This document shows positions 27,601-39,533 of a stretch of DNA of 64,000 nucleotides, piece after piece (the stretch's first letter is position 1; every line of letters starts with the position of its first letter). The stretch spans positions 18,104,001 to 18,168,000 of the forward strand of contig CM060731.1 of assembly GCA_030704615.1 (NCBI GenBank), written 5' to 3'. Both the position numbers and the translations under genes were made by a program. This DNA comes from Takakia lepidozioides (taxonomy: Eukaryota > Plantae > Bryophyta). The notes under the pieces were generated by a model, which was not told the origin of the DNA, searched no databases, and saw only the letters and a list, made by a program, of their open reading frames with translations.

Positions 27601-30600
27601 GCAGGGAAGTCTCCTCCTTCTCCCTCATTTTCTGGCTTTGTTGGTGCCCCCACTCACCATGCTATCAGGGCTGCACTTATTTTATGGTGTTGCGCCAGCC
27701 AAGGGCGATCTTTCACTGGTCCGATTGTTGGCAACAGCTGATTGGAGTCTTCTTGGTAGAGTCTCCCACGAGCTCCCATCAATTTCAGGCATCAGGTTTT
27801 CTACCCTGCCCTTCCACTTTTCATAAGCGAGGTGCCTGTCTTCCTCCCTTTCACTCTTCAGCCTCTCAGGCAGATTTTTCTTCATGCGATTGCTGCTCCC
27901 ATACTTCCAGTCCTTGTTTAATTTTCTCCAGCCATCACCCTCAGATTTGACAAGGTATTGCTGCCCTTCCTTGTGTCTTTCCTCACTCCCAGCTGCTGGT
28001 TTTATCCAGATTCACCTCTCATCCTTGCCTGGGGTTTTGCTTGCCAAACAGCCCTTGTGTGGGGAACTTCAACGAAAGGCAACATCTCATTCTCAGCTCC
28101 TGTCTTTGTACCTCTTTGCAGCAGTCCAGCCTCGGGTGCCTCACTTTCTGATTGCTGGGTTGCATTCTTCGCCGCCAACCTTTGACAAGAAAGTGTGCTC
28201 CATCTTCCTCATCTCCTACTGGTTCCCTTGATGCTTCACCTCGTATGTCTTCCTCCTCATGTTTTACCAGCAGCTCCCATGCTTGAATTGCTACTTTTCC
28301 TCGTAGTTGATCTTGTGCTTTCCTTTTTCTCCATAGCCTAATCAACAGTTTTGTCTTGGCAGCTCCCTTGCCATGAGTGCCTTGTCTCACTGCATTTCCC
28401 TTGGCTGCCCACCATCCGTGGAGTCTTTCTTGCACTATTCTGACCCTCGTTGGCATGCACTTTGCTGCGATGCCCCACATGTATTTGTTGCTCCCTTTAA
28501 TCATCAACATAGTGCTCCAGAGCCAGTTCCTCATTGTTGACCAGTTGACCTTCTCAGCCCTTGGACCCCATTTTCCCTTCTCCCATGTTGCCTCGTCTTT
28601 CTGCTTCATCATTTGCTTTACTTGCACGATGTTGCTTCTTCCCTACAGCTCATCATGTGTTGTGGCTCTTTCCCATGTTGCACTCACTCCCATCATACGT
28701 TGTGCAGTTGATAAGACTGAGATGAGTTGATAGGGGGAGGGCTTGCTGGTGTATGTTGTCCGATAGGCCCCATGCACAGAGTCAAAGCTGGAAGTCAGCC
28801 TTGCAAGGACCCAAGTGAGAGAAGTCTGGTGGGGGTAGCATCTTGGGGGATGGCAGTTAGGGCAATGTGTGTCTAGGGCAATATATGTCATAGCAGCGGG
28901 TGATGTGCTGCCAATTTTGAGGATAGAGACAGCCTTTAAGCTGTAGATTTGTATAAGTGGTTTCTTCTTACACATATTGCTCCCAGTTTGCCACAACTAG
29001 TTGTTTGCGTTTGTAGTGCATGTGCGAGCCTGCTGGGGAAGGGCAAAGAGGTCCATGGTTGCATCGTCAAAGCTGGAATTGTGGCAGATGTCATTCTGAA
29101 CAATACCATTGTGGACAGGGAGTGTTCAACAATATGGCTGAGCGAAGGATAGAGTGTAATGACTGCTAATGAGGGCACCTTCTTCAATTTCACCTTGTTT
29201 TCCCCTCTTATCAGAATCGCCCCTAATTATTCATGTTTGAATTCTGCAAGTTAGCTGGTTTAGTGAAGCTTTGATAGTTTGGAGTGACTTTGACATGATT
29301 CTGCCAATGTGACAACAGGAAAGTATCAGAAACAGGTAACACAGAGATGAGAAGTTGTGGAATGAATATTTTTCTGACCCCAGTCAATGGTGGGACAATC
29401 GAGGCAAGAAGGTGAATGTTTGTTGGATTATAGAGAGTAGCAGATGCAATTGAGCGTAGGAACTAGTGTGATAAGTTGAGTTGGGTGCTTCCTAGAACAA
29501 GTCTAGGCTGTCATCGTCAACTGCTAGCAACAAGGCAAGGTTGTATGCATGATTCGTGCGAGGCATGGATAGTTCAAGGAGCAAGGATAGAGTGTGGGTG
29601 CAGATTCACCCAAGAGGTCCAGATTAACTGTGAAGCTACAAGAAACCTGCATGGGTAGATGGTCAACTGGCAGCAACGGCACAATTGATAAAATCAGACA
29701 TTGTTAATGAAGGCATCTTCTTCAGCACATTTCACCCTGTTTTTCCCTCTTATTAGAATCGGTCCAAAATTTCCATGTTGAATTATGCAAGTTAACTGGT
29801 TGAGTGAATCTAGTTTGGAGTGACTTTGACATGATACTGCTATGTGACAACAGGAAAGTATCAAAAAACAAGTAACAGACATGAGGAGAAGCTGTGGAAT
29901 GAATACTTTTCTGCCCCCAGTCAATGATGGGACAACCGAGGCAAAAAGATGAATGCCTGCTACATTTCAGAGAGTAGCAGACGCAATTGAGCATAGGAAC
30001 TAGTGTGATAAGCTGAGTTGGGTGTTTCCTAGAACAAATGTAGGTTGTCATTGTCAACTACTAGCAGCAAGGCAAGGATGAATGCATGATTTGTGCAGGG
30101 GCATGGATAGCTGAAGGAGCAGGGATAGAGTGTGGTCCAGATTCATCCTAGAGGGCCAAATTTCAAGCAAAAGATTTACCTATGATTCCCTGTGGATCAA
30201 TAACTACAAGAAACCTCCATGGGTAGATGGTCTATTCCGTGGAACTCACTGAAGTCTTGCATTATGAGGATCAGAACTGCTTGACTTGCACGAGGCCTTG
30301 ACCCTTAGGCAATCCCCAGAGCACAGTAGCTTTTGGGCTGCTTTTTTACTTTGTGTTTTTCATTTTGTCCCATAAGCTCTTTGAGCTTTCCGCAGATGTA
30401 ATAAAGTACCATTTTGTTTCATTTCATTCATTTTCATTTCATTTGTTTCATGGCATGTCTTTCATCGTTTGTGCATTTCTAATGCATGATTAGTTCTCTT
30501 GTATGGCATTACTAGTCGACTCACTACAAACACCAAAACTCCAAAGCATGAATCACTATGAATGATTGTTCAAGTACTTTCGAGCACTTCATGTAAAGTA

Positions 30601-31083
30601 GTAAAGCAGTGGTTGCGCCAACTTCCGCAGTCGCAATTGCCACTGGGCATGTAGCACTGCAAGTTATGTGGTCTACTACCACGTGGCGCCTCGGGCCCGT
30701 GGCCACGTGGCAGCAGTGGTGCTCGTCGTGGCACCGCCACGTCGGCATCCACATCGTCGTCCACGTCCGCGTCCATGTGTCACCGCGCTTCAGTGAGTCG
30801 GTCCACTCATCCGGAGGGAAAAGTCAAAGTCAGCCCAAAAGGTCAGACACACGGGCAGCCCGCCTGGTTACGCCACGTGGTTCTTCAACATTAATCGCAT
30901 TAATTGCTGAGCAGTTGTTCGCGCGTCTGCGTCCTTTACCACTCCAATCATTGGATGTCCAACCCAACTACCACGTCTGTTGTAACTAGTCTGTTGTAAC
31001 TTCCAGTTGATCCCAGTTTTTTGACTTTTACGACTCAAAATGAGTCGTTACCCCAGTGGTAAATGACACGAATGCTTCTAGTG
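24669..31083. mobile_element. CACTA-1: non-autonomous Pack-CACTA carrying PPR, PDF-exon and unidentified gene fragments
   Basis: 19-bp TIR CACTAGAAGCATTCGTGTC / GACACGAATGCTTCTAGTG; 3-bp TSD AGC (24666-24668, 31084-31086); removing it restores the DNMT frame. Confidence 0.95.
25530..26330 (+). pseudogene. PLS PPR fragments inside CACTA-1 (another piece at ~29000-29145)
   Basis: [24 protein letters not shown] and KPEHITFVCVCSACASLLEKGKEVHG. Confidence 0.85.
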
Positions 31084-31086
31084 AGC

Positions 31087-31760
31087 TGGATGGCCTTGCC
31101 AATGACACTCTCCTGCAGGTCATGGGAATGGCTTGCATGATGCAAGGTCGCATTTGTTTTGGGAGATGTTACGAGTGTTGCGTGACTTGCAGGGGAGACA
31201 AGTGCAACCTCCACCTTACATCCTGGAGAATGTTCCTCTCATGGGGGATTCTCGAGCCAGGGTTATGGCTAGTGTGCATCAGGTGCGGTCTTGGATTGGA
31301 CCAGCTGTATTATTGGATGCAGCTGCAGTGGTTTCACGGGCACATAGGCCTAGGTTGTGGTGGACCAATCTTGCACCACCAGAGTTGCTCAAAAGAGCCT
31401 ATGATTCCATTCAACGGCCACCCAACCTCACGGTTGAGGGCATTTTGTACTAATGGAGGCAACCACAGAGAGTGCGACATGGTGACTGTCCACCTTTAGC
31501 GGTGGTCAATCGAGTAGGGCAACCACGTGCGGCCTTGCCTACACTCATTCATAGTTTTTCCTTGTCTCATGCTTTTTGAGACAATGGTCCAAGGTTGATT
31601 TGGGACAATGTGCTACAGCAATTGGTGGAGCCTAATGCGGATGAGCGAGAGCGGGCAATGGGGTTTGCCACGGGCACTACAGCTGTGCTAGCTAAGTTAG
31701 AGGCATCACGACGCCAGGTGTTGGGTCAGGCAATGGATCTCAATTGCTTGACATGGGTCA
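31087..31760 (+). pseudogene. C5 cytosine methyltransferase, C-terminal half (motifs IV-X), DNMT3-like
   Basis: GWPCQ (catalytic Cys codon 31097-31099), GLHDARSHLFWE, YILENV, SRAHRPRLWWTNL, NADERERAMGF and RRQVLGQAMD. Confidence 0.88.
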
Positions 31761-32259
31761 TTGGCTTGTGCATGGCTGAGCAACAAAGATTACATTGGTG
31801 GCTACTTCTGCACTTCCATTGGATATTGCACCCTCTCTGCCAACCGGGACGGTGGAGGCAGTGAGTGGGGGCGAGCACAGGATCATGGAGTGCAAACATC
31901 CATGGCAAATGTGGGATGAGATGCGGAAAGAGAGAGACATTGGATCTCTCAAGGAGCAATATGAGGAGTGGGGAGAGCCATACACAGAGGATCAGTTAGA
32001 GGCCAAGGTGGCCAAGGCTCTTGAAGAGGTTGAGGATGTTTCTTTTGCGGAGGATGTTCTCAAGGTGGCTATGGCGGAGCAAGTGGAGGCTACGCCACAG
32101 TCAGGGTGGGCGGACAAGGCCCAAGAGGTTGCTATCTAGCAATCAAAGGATGCGTCTCCTACCTCCAAGCCTGGTGTACCCAAGGTTGTAGTCACTGAGG
32201 ACAATTGGGAACCAGATGTTGGACCTATAGTCACCGGAGGAGAGAGACGGAGGATCCGG

Positions 32260-32750
32260 CGATTTCTAAGGGCTTATAGAAATTGCTTTACCTTCAGTTT
32301 GAAGGATTTATGGAGTTTGAAGGGTCAAGAGATTCGTATTGATTTGACAAATGACACGCCAATTTTTCGAAGGCCCTACAAGTATGGTGACATGGAGAGG
32401 ACATTGATCCAGTCACGGACTATGGAGTTGTTCGAAGCTGGATTGGTGGAGTTGTCAGGTGGGGAGTATGCCTCGGCAACGGTGATGCCAGCTAAGAATG
32501 ATATCTATATGGCAATTGGACAGAAAGAAGGATGTGTGGGGACTATCATCCTGTGAACCGTCAGACTAAGTCTGATAGATATGCCATGTCAACTCCAGAA
32601 GAAATCTTTGATGCCATTGGGCATGCGAAGGTGTTTAGCACATTGGACTTATGATCGGGTTATCACCAGCTTCAAGAGTACGATTTTCAAGTGGTGCATC
32701 GAGCCGATATAGTCAACCAGGATGCGAATGGATTGAGTCGTAATTCATGC
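32260..32750 (+). pseudogene. Reverse transcriptase N-terminus fused by deletion to the end of RNase H
   Basis: PIFRRPYKY, RMCGDYHPVN and KVFSTLDL*SGYHQL run directly into QEYDFQVVHR; the YxDD region and most of RNase H are missing. Confidence 0.85.
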
Positions 32751-32962
32751 ATAAGTAAGCTTGATGATACATGAGCTCATTGGCATGGTGAGACGGACGA
32801 GGAGATGGTGCCAGGATGGCACGCATCTGCCTTTTTGTGCATTCTAGGAATGGGAGCTCAAGCTGGTCAACCCCATGGGATTGGTCATGGAGATAGTGTG
32901 CATGACGATCCATAGATCAATGAGGAGCTTGGTGGTGCTAAGGATGTCACGAAGATGCAGCA

Positions 32963-33991
32963 GTGTTGGCCTATCTTCGTGCCGGAGAGACAGCAGCTAG
33001 TGTGACTGCAAAAGGGAGAGATCGGATCCTACAACGTGCCAAGAGGTTCAAATGGGAGGGGACTCACCTACTCCGTATATGGGAGGATGGACGAGTGAGG
33101 ATTGTGCCTCATCCAACACAACAAGCGCGATTGGTACGCCATGCCCATGAGGAGTTGGGACATTTTAGGGGTGCGGCTCACTCATAGTTTGCTGCAAGGG
33201 CAGTACTGGTGGCGGGGCATGCACATGGATGTGCAGCAGTTAGTGGCAAGATGCATGGTGTGTGATAGAGTGCGGGCTTCTTTCAACGCCCCTACTCCAC
33301 AATTGCATCCTTTACCCATTATGGTTTGGGCTATCGTTGGAGCCTTGACTTTGCAGGCCCATTACCACTAACGATTCGCCATAACAAGTATGTGCTAGTG
33401 ATGGTGGAACATTTCTCCAAATGGATTGAACTGGTGGGATTGCCTGACAAGGCAAGTGATGGGGCTGCGTATGCATTCTTAGATCGAGTGCTTAGCCAAT
33501 TTGGTGCTCCAGCCGAGGTACTCACGGACCAAGGGAGAGAGTTCTTGGGGGGAGTTTCAGGCTTTGTGTGAGCAAGCCTTGATAGACCACCGCACTACTT
33601 TTCAGGATCATCCCGAGGCTGATGGCTTGGCGAAGAGAGTTGTTCAGACAGTCAAGAGGGGTTTGCGCAAGTACGGTTGGCAAAAGGGACATCTGGGAGA
33701 TTGGGACCTTTAGCTGCTTTGGTTGGCTATGGGCTATAGGTTCAGCAAACAAGCGTCACTTACCTCTTTCTCACCTTATTTTCTTATCTTCGGCCGAGAG
33801 CCCGATTTGCCTGCATGTATTCGCAGGGAGGCTGCAGTAGTCCTTGACCTTGATGATCCGGATGTGTGGACACAAGCGTGTGACCAGCGGGCAGAGTTAT
33901 TCAAGAGAGTCATGTCTATGGCTTTTGAGAACCTTGCTATTGCCCAACACCGAGACACATTGATGTATGTCACCATACGTGGAGGCGGATA
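32963..33991 (+). pseudogene. Gypsy integrase (HHCC and DDE core), frameshifted, cut by CACTA-3
   Basis: AHEELGHF...CMVC, WSLDFAGPLP, VLTDQGREF, HPEADGLAKR and SPYFLIFGREP. Confidence 0.9.
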
Positions 33992-34589
33992 CACTACTAC
34001 AGATTAACGTTTTTATGACAACAGGTGATATAAACCTTGGTAACCATGACTATATATGTGACTACGAAGTGATGAAACCCGCATTTTAATATATTTTAAT
34101 CTAATGCAGTCATACGTTTTACTACATGACTAGGAGCCGCGGTCAACCATTGTTGACCAAGAACATAGGCTTGGTTTATATAACTAGTAGTCATACGCAA
34201 TACTACACGTCAGACACGTGCCATATAAGCTTATGACTAAATGACTACACCACTACTACACATTGATGACATGCCATAGAAGCTTATGACTACATGACTA
34301 CAGGAGGTTTCACAGCTCTGTTTATATGACTACATCACTACACGTGGCATCTTAAGATATATACATGAATGGGTTCATCCATTGGATGACCTCATCCATC
34401 TATCTTCGAAGCACTTGTGTCAATAGAATGACACAAAGTGCAAAAAGTTAAAAAATTCAAAAAGTTGCTTTAGGGTTGCCCACGTTCAGCCGCGAACAGA
34501 GAGGGCTGGGACTTAGCCTCCTTTTGCCCGACTTTTGCCTCCCTCGCTACCATATGTTTTCTTAGTATCGAGCCGTGAGAACTTGGAAC

Positions 34590-36831
34590 AAGATGATCGC
34601 AGGATATGCAATGGAGGGGCGTGGGATTGAGGCTTTGCAACCTATTCTTGAGCAACTTATGCACCTTTCTTGAGTTTATTCTTGAAAATGATGCAGGAAA
34701 GGCGAGGATATGCACAGCGGGGGTGTGGTATAGAGGCTTCGGAGACGTATGAGCAAATAATGCGGGAAGGGGTGAAGCCGGACCGGGTCACGTTCGTTTG
34801 TGTTTGCAATGCGTATGCAAGCCTGACAACCCTGGAGAAGGGTAAAAGGTCCATGGTGCCATTGTCAAATTTGGAATTGTACCCGATGTCATTCTAAACA
34901 ATACCCTCGTATGCCAAATGTGGCAGTATTGAGGATACAAAGGGAGTGTTTGAGAATATGGCTGAACGAACTATCGTGTCCTGGAGTGTGATGATCGCGG
35001 GATATTCCCCAGCATGGATATGGGATGGAGGCATTGGAGACCTATGAGCAAATGATGCGGGAAGGGGTAAAGCCAGACCTGGTCACATTCCTTTGTATAT
35101 GCAATGCGTGTGCGAGCCTGGCAGCCCTAGAAAAGGGCAAAGAGGTTCATGGTGACATCATCAGAGCTGGAATTGTACTCGGCATCATGCTGAACAATAC
35201 CCTCGTGGACATGTATGCGAAATGTGGGTGCATCGAGGATGCGAAGGGAGTTTGCAACAATGGCTGAACGATGCTTGCGGGTATGCACAGCAAGGCCGCG
35301 GGAAGGAGGCTTTGGAGACCTACGATCAAATGATGGCGGAAGGGGTGAAGCCCGACCATATCACGTTTGCATTTGCAATGCATGTGCAAGCCTGATAGCC
35401 CTGGAAAAGGGCAAAGAGGTCCATGGTGACATTGTCAGAGCTGGAACTGACTCTGGAGACCTATGGACAAATGATGTGGGAAGGGGTGCAGCCTGACCAG
35501 GTAACGTTTGTTTGCATTTGCAGTGCGTGTGCGAGCTTGGCTGCCCTGGAAAAGGGCAAAAAGGTCCATGTTGACATCATGAAAGCTGACATCGTCCTAG
35601 GTTTCATTCTGAGCAACACTCTCTTGGACATGTATGCCAAATGGAGGATGCAAGGGAGCCCCGAGGTCCATCATCTGGAGTAGTCTCTCCACTGGTGATC
35701 CGAAAATGTATACCTTTGTTCTGTTGCGTCTTAAGAGAACACGGTGGATTCAATGCTGTAGTAACTGCTATCCCATATCATCACCTGGTTCTCTTTCTAC
35801 TAAATCCTTTCAGCTTTCTTCGCCGTCTTCTTCTTCTGCTCCCGCTTTTGCCTTGCACTTACCACTTCACTCTTTTCCTTATTTGATAATATGGCTGAAT
35901 GAAATGTGGTGTCATGGAGTGCGATGATTGCAGGATATGCCCAACATGGTTGTAGTAGGGAGGCCCTGCAATTACTTGAAGGAATGAAAAAGGAAGGCTT
36001 GAAGCCAAACAATATCACCTTTATGTGTGTTCTCCAAGCATGTAGCCATGGGGGCCTAGTGGATGAAGGAAGACACTATTTTGAATCCTTATATCGAGAT
36101 TATGGCCTCATTCCTACAGTGGAGCACATTAGCTGCATGGTGGACCTTATTGGCCGTGCTGGGTGGTTGGACGAGGCTGAGGACTTCATTAACAAAATGC
36201 CAGTCCAACCAGATGCTGTAGTGTGGAAAGCCTTGCTTGGTGCCTGCAGAATTCATGGCAATGTGGAGGTGGCAGAACGCGCGACAAAATCTATTCTCAA
36301 GTGGGATCAACAAGATGCTCCATCTTAATATGTGTTGTTATCAAATATTTATGCCGCAGCTGGCAGGTGGGATGATACTGCAAAGGTGAGGAAAATGATG
36401 GAAGTCAGAGGTGTCAGAAAGCAGCCAGGTCACTGCTCCATTGAGATTGGCAATGGGGTGCACACTTTTGTAGTAGATGACAACTTGCATCCACAAATTG
36501 AGGAAATCCAAGCTGAGTTGAGAAGATTGTCTTGGCAGATGAAGGAGGAGGGATATGTGTCTGACACGCGCTTCGTGTTGCATGATGTGGAGGAGGAGGC
36601 AAAGGAATTTTCTCTTTGCCACCACAGTGAGAAGCTGGCCATTGCTTTTGGGCTGATCAGCACAGCCCCAGGGACGCCTCTTCGAATCATCAAGAACCTT
36701 CGGGTATGTGGTGACTCCACACGGCCACTAAGTTCATCTCAAAGATTGTTGGACGAGCAATTATTGTACGGGATGCCAACCCCTTTCACCACTTTGAAGA
36801 TGGGGTTTATTCTTGTGGGGAGTACTGGTGA
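34590..36831 (+). pseudogene. PLS-E1-E2-DYW PPR RNA-editing-factor pseudogene
   Basis: PLS repeats; HISCMVDLIGRAG; stop at 36326; KQPGHCSIEI; [13 protein letters not shown]; LRVCGD with a 1-nt deletion; ...[14 protein letters not shown] ending 36831. A non-PPR insert lies at ~35650-35880. Confidence 0.92.
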
Positions 36832-37877
36832 AATGATGTTTCTTTTTGAAAGGTGAGAGTGTCTTGCTTCATTGATTACTCTCCTTGGTTCATTAACCTC
36901 TCCCTGCAAATGGTGTCTGTGATGTATTGTTGAGGATATTTCCTCTGTGGCATACCAATCCTCAAGAGAGCGAATTGTGGGGTCTACCCACCAGGAGGAT
37001 GAAACTGAGATTGAAATTGCATGTATGCCTGCACTGCTGCTTTAACTCCTGATTTGGTGGCGGATGTGACACATGGCTGTCGTTGGACTAACACATTTGT
37101 GGTTCAAAGAAAAAATTGGGTGCGAGTGAGAAATAAATCTTAAATTTCCGATAGTGACAGGTGCTAGGTGTAAAGGGGGTGATCTTCACATGTTCTCAAC
37201 CTGTGAACAAAAATGTATGTATGATTTGTTGGCTATCCTCTGATTTCTCTAGCCATATTCTCTACATTCCAATATGGTGTGACCATACGATGTCTGCTAC
37301 TCGGGTTTGAATCGGGCTCGCTTTCTGTTTGTCATACACCCCATTCCACATGCTGCCATGTGTTGCTTCTATCCTAATTTCTCATCTATTCACTTCTGAT
37401 GGAACAAGAAAGAAGGCACAAGAAAAATGCACATGCCACTTGAAGGTGGAGTTTAGGTTCGAGTTTATACAAACCTGTTGCTATGTTGTAGCTAAATTGT
37501 TTCTGAACAGTACTCTCGTGGACATGTATGCAAAATGTGGGTGCATCGAGGATGCAAAGGGAGTGTTCAACAGTATGGCTGAACGAGATGTGTTGTCGTG
37601 GAGTGCAATGATTGTAGGATATGCATAGCAAGGGCGCGGGATGGAGGCTTTGGAGACCTATGAGCACCTTCTTCAATACATTTCAGCCTGTTTCCCTTGT
37701 TATCAGAGTCGTCCCTCAATTTTCAGGTTAAATTCTGCAAGTTAGCTCGTTGGTGTAAAAAGGTGAATGCCTGTTGGAAGCTCAACATAGGAACTTGAGT
37801 GATAAGTAGGGTTAGGGTGTTTGCTGGAATAGAGAGGCAAAGATAGCTGAAGGAGCAGGGATAGAGAGTGGGTCCAA

Positions 37878-37973
37878 ATTCATCCGAGAGGGCCATATTT
37901 CAAGCACAAGATTACGTATGATTCCCTGTGGATCAATAGCTACAAGAAACCTACATGGGTAGATGGTCAACTG
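37878..37973 (+). pseudogene. Second half of the OSB-type PDF motif (best-preserved copy)
   Basis: IHPRGPYFKHKITYDSLWINSYKKPTWVDGQL. Other copies at ~29604-29670, 30141-30232 and 38438-38530, and on the minus strand at ~40395-40460, 40930-41000 and 53455-53500 (HPKGPDFK). Confidence 0.75.
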
Positions 37974-38434
37974 GATGCCGCGCAGCAGCGGCATAGCTGA
38001 TAAAATCAGGCACTGGTAATCAGGGCACCTTCTTCAACACATTTCACCTTGTTTTTCCCTCTTATCAGAATTGACCCTAAATTTCCATGTTGAATTCTGC
38101 AAGTTAGCTGGTTGAGTGAATGTAGTTTGGAGTGACTTTGACATGATACTGCCACTGTGACAACATGAACGGATCCAAAAACCCGTAACAGAGATGATGA
38201 GAAGCTGTGGAATGAATATTTTTTTGACCACAGTCGATGGTGGGATGCTGAGGCAAAAAGGTGAATGCTTGTTAGATTACATGAGAGTAGCAGACGCAAT
38301 TCAGTATAGGAACTAGTGTAATAAGCTGAGTTGGGTGTTTCCTAGAACAAATCTAGGCTATCATTATCAGCTGCAAGGCAATGATGTATGCATGATTTGT
38401 GCAGAGGCATGGATAGCTGAAGGAGCAGTGGGTG

Positions 38435-39533
38435 CAAATTCATCCAAGAGGGCTGGACTTCAAGCTCCAGATTACCTTGATTCCAGGTGGATCAAGTAGC
38501 TACAAGAAACCTGCATGGGTAGATGGTCAAGTAAAGGCAGGAGTTGCAGCGGCACAGTTGATAAAATCAAGCACCTCAACCATGACCACAACTTCTGAAA
38601 ATAGAGGATCAAGAGAAGGAGTCCACAATGCCTCTTCTGGAACTTTTGGGCATGTGAAGATGCTTTGTGAGGCAGGCAGACTGATAGAGGCTCTACAGAC
38701 TTTAAACCAAGGAGGCATTCCAGCAGATTCAGGTATGTATGTCTGTCTCTTGCTTAAGTGCATCAAGATGAAAGGTCTGGAAGCTGGAAAGTAGGTGCAC
38801 ATGACTCACATTATCTAAAGTGGATTCACACCAAATGTTTTTTTAACTCAACACCCTTGTCAACATGTATGTTAAGTGTGGGAACATCGTGGATGCTCAC
38901 CAAGTGTTCAACAGAATGCCTCAACGATCTTTGATCACGTGGAATGTAATGTTGGCAAGATTTACCAAGCATGGGTGTGGTAGGAATGCTTTTGGAGACC
39001 TATGAGCAAATGTTGCGCAAAGGGGTGAAGCCCAACCACATCACATTTGGCTTGTGTTTGCAAGCAGGGGAGCTCTGGAAAAGGGGAAAGAGGTCCATGG
39101 TGATATCGTCAAAGCTGGAATTGTACCAGATATCATTCAGAACACTGCCCTGGTGGACATGTATGCGAAATGCGGGTGCATTAAGGATGTGAGATGTGGT
39201 GTCGTGGAACGCGATGCTTGCAGGGTATGTACAACAGGGACTTGGTATGGAGGCTTTGCAGACCTATGATCAAATGATGGGGGAAGGGGTGAAGCCCAAC
39301 CACATCACGTTTGTGTGCATTTGCAGTGCATGTGCAAGCCTTGCAGCCCTGGAAAAGGGCAAAGAGGTCCATGGTGACATTGTCAGAGCTGGATTGTACT
39401 CTATGTCATTCTGAACAATACCCTGGTGGACGTGTATGCAAAATGTGGGTGCATCGAGGATGCAAAGGGAGTGTTTGACAATATACAAGATATGGTGTCA
39501 TGGAATGCCATGCTTGCAGGATATGCACAGCAG
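38435..39533 (+). pseudogene. 5' part of a PDF-motif plus PLS PPR gene, truncated by CACTA-2
   Basis: ORF 38432-38794 runs from HPRGLDFK..KKPAWVDGQV into LCEAGRLIEALQ...YVCLLLKC and is followed by PLS repeats. Confidence 0.8.

Noticed and set aside
30524-30989. Duplicated 126-aa ORF (also 39628-40008)
   Set aside because: CACTA subterminal GC-rich sequence; conservation reflects recent duplication rather than coding.
34020-34345. Short spaced ATGACTAC repeats as a CRISPR-like array
   Set aside because: Irregular spacing, eukaryotic context and position next to a TIR identify them as CACTA subterminal repeats.
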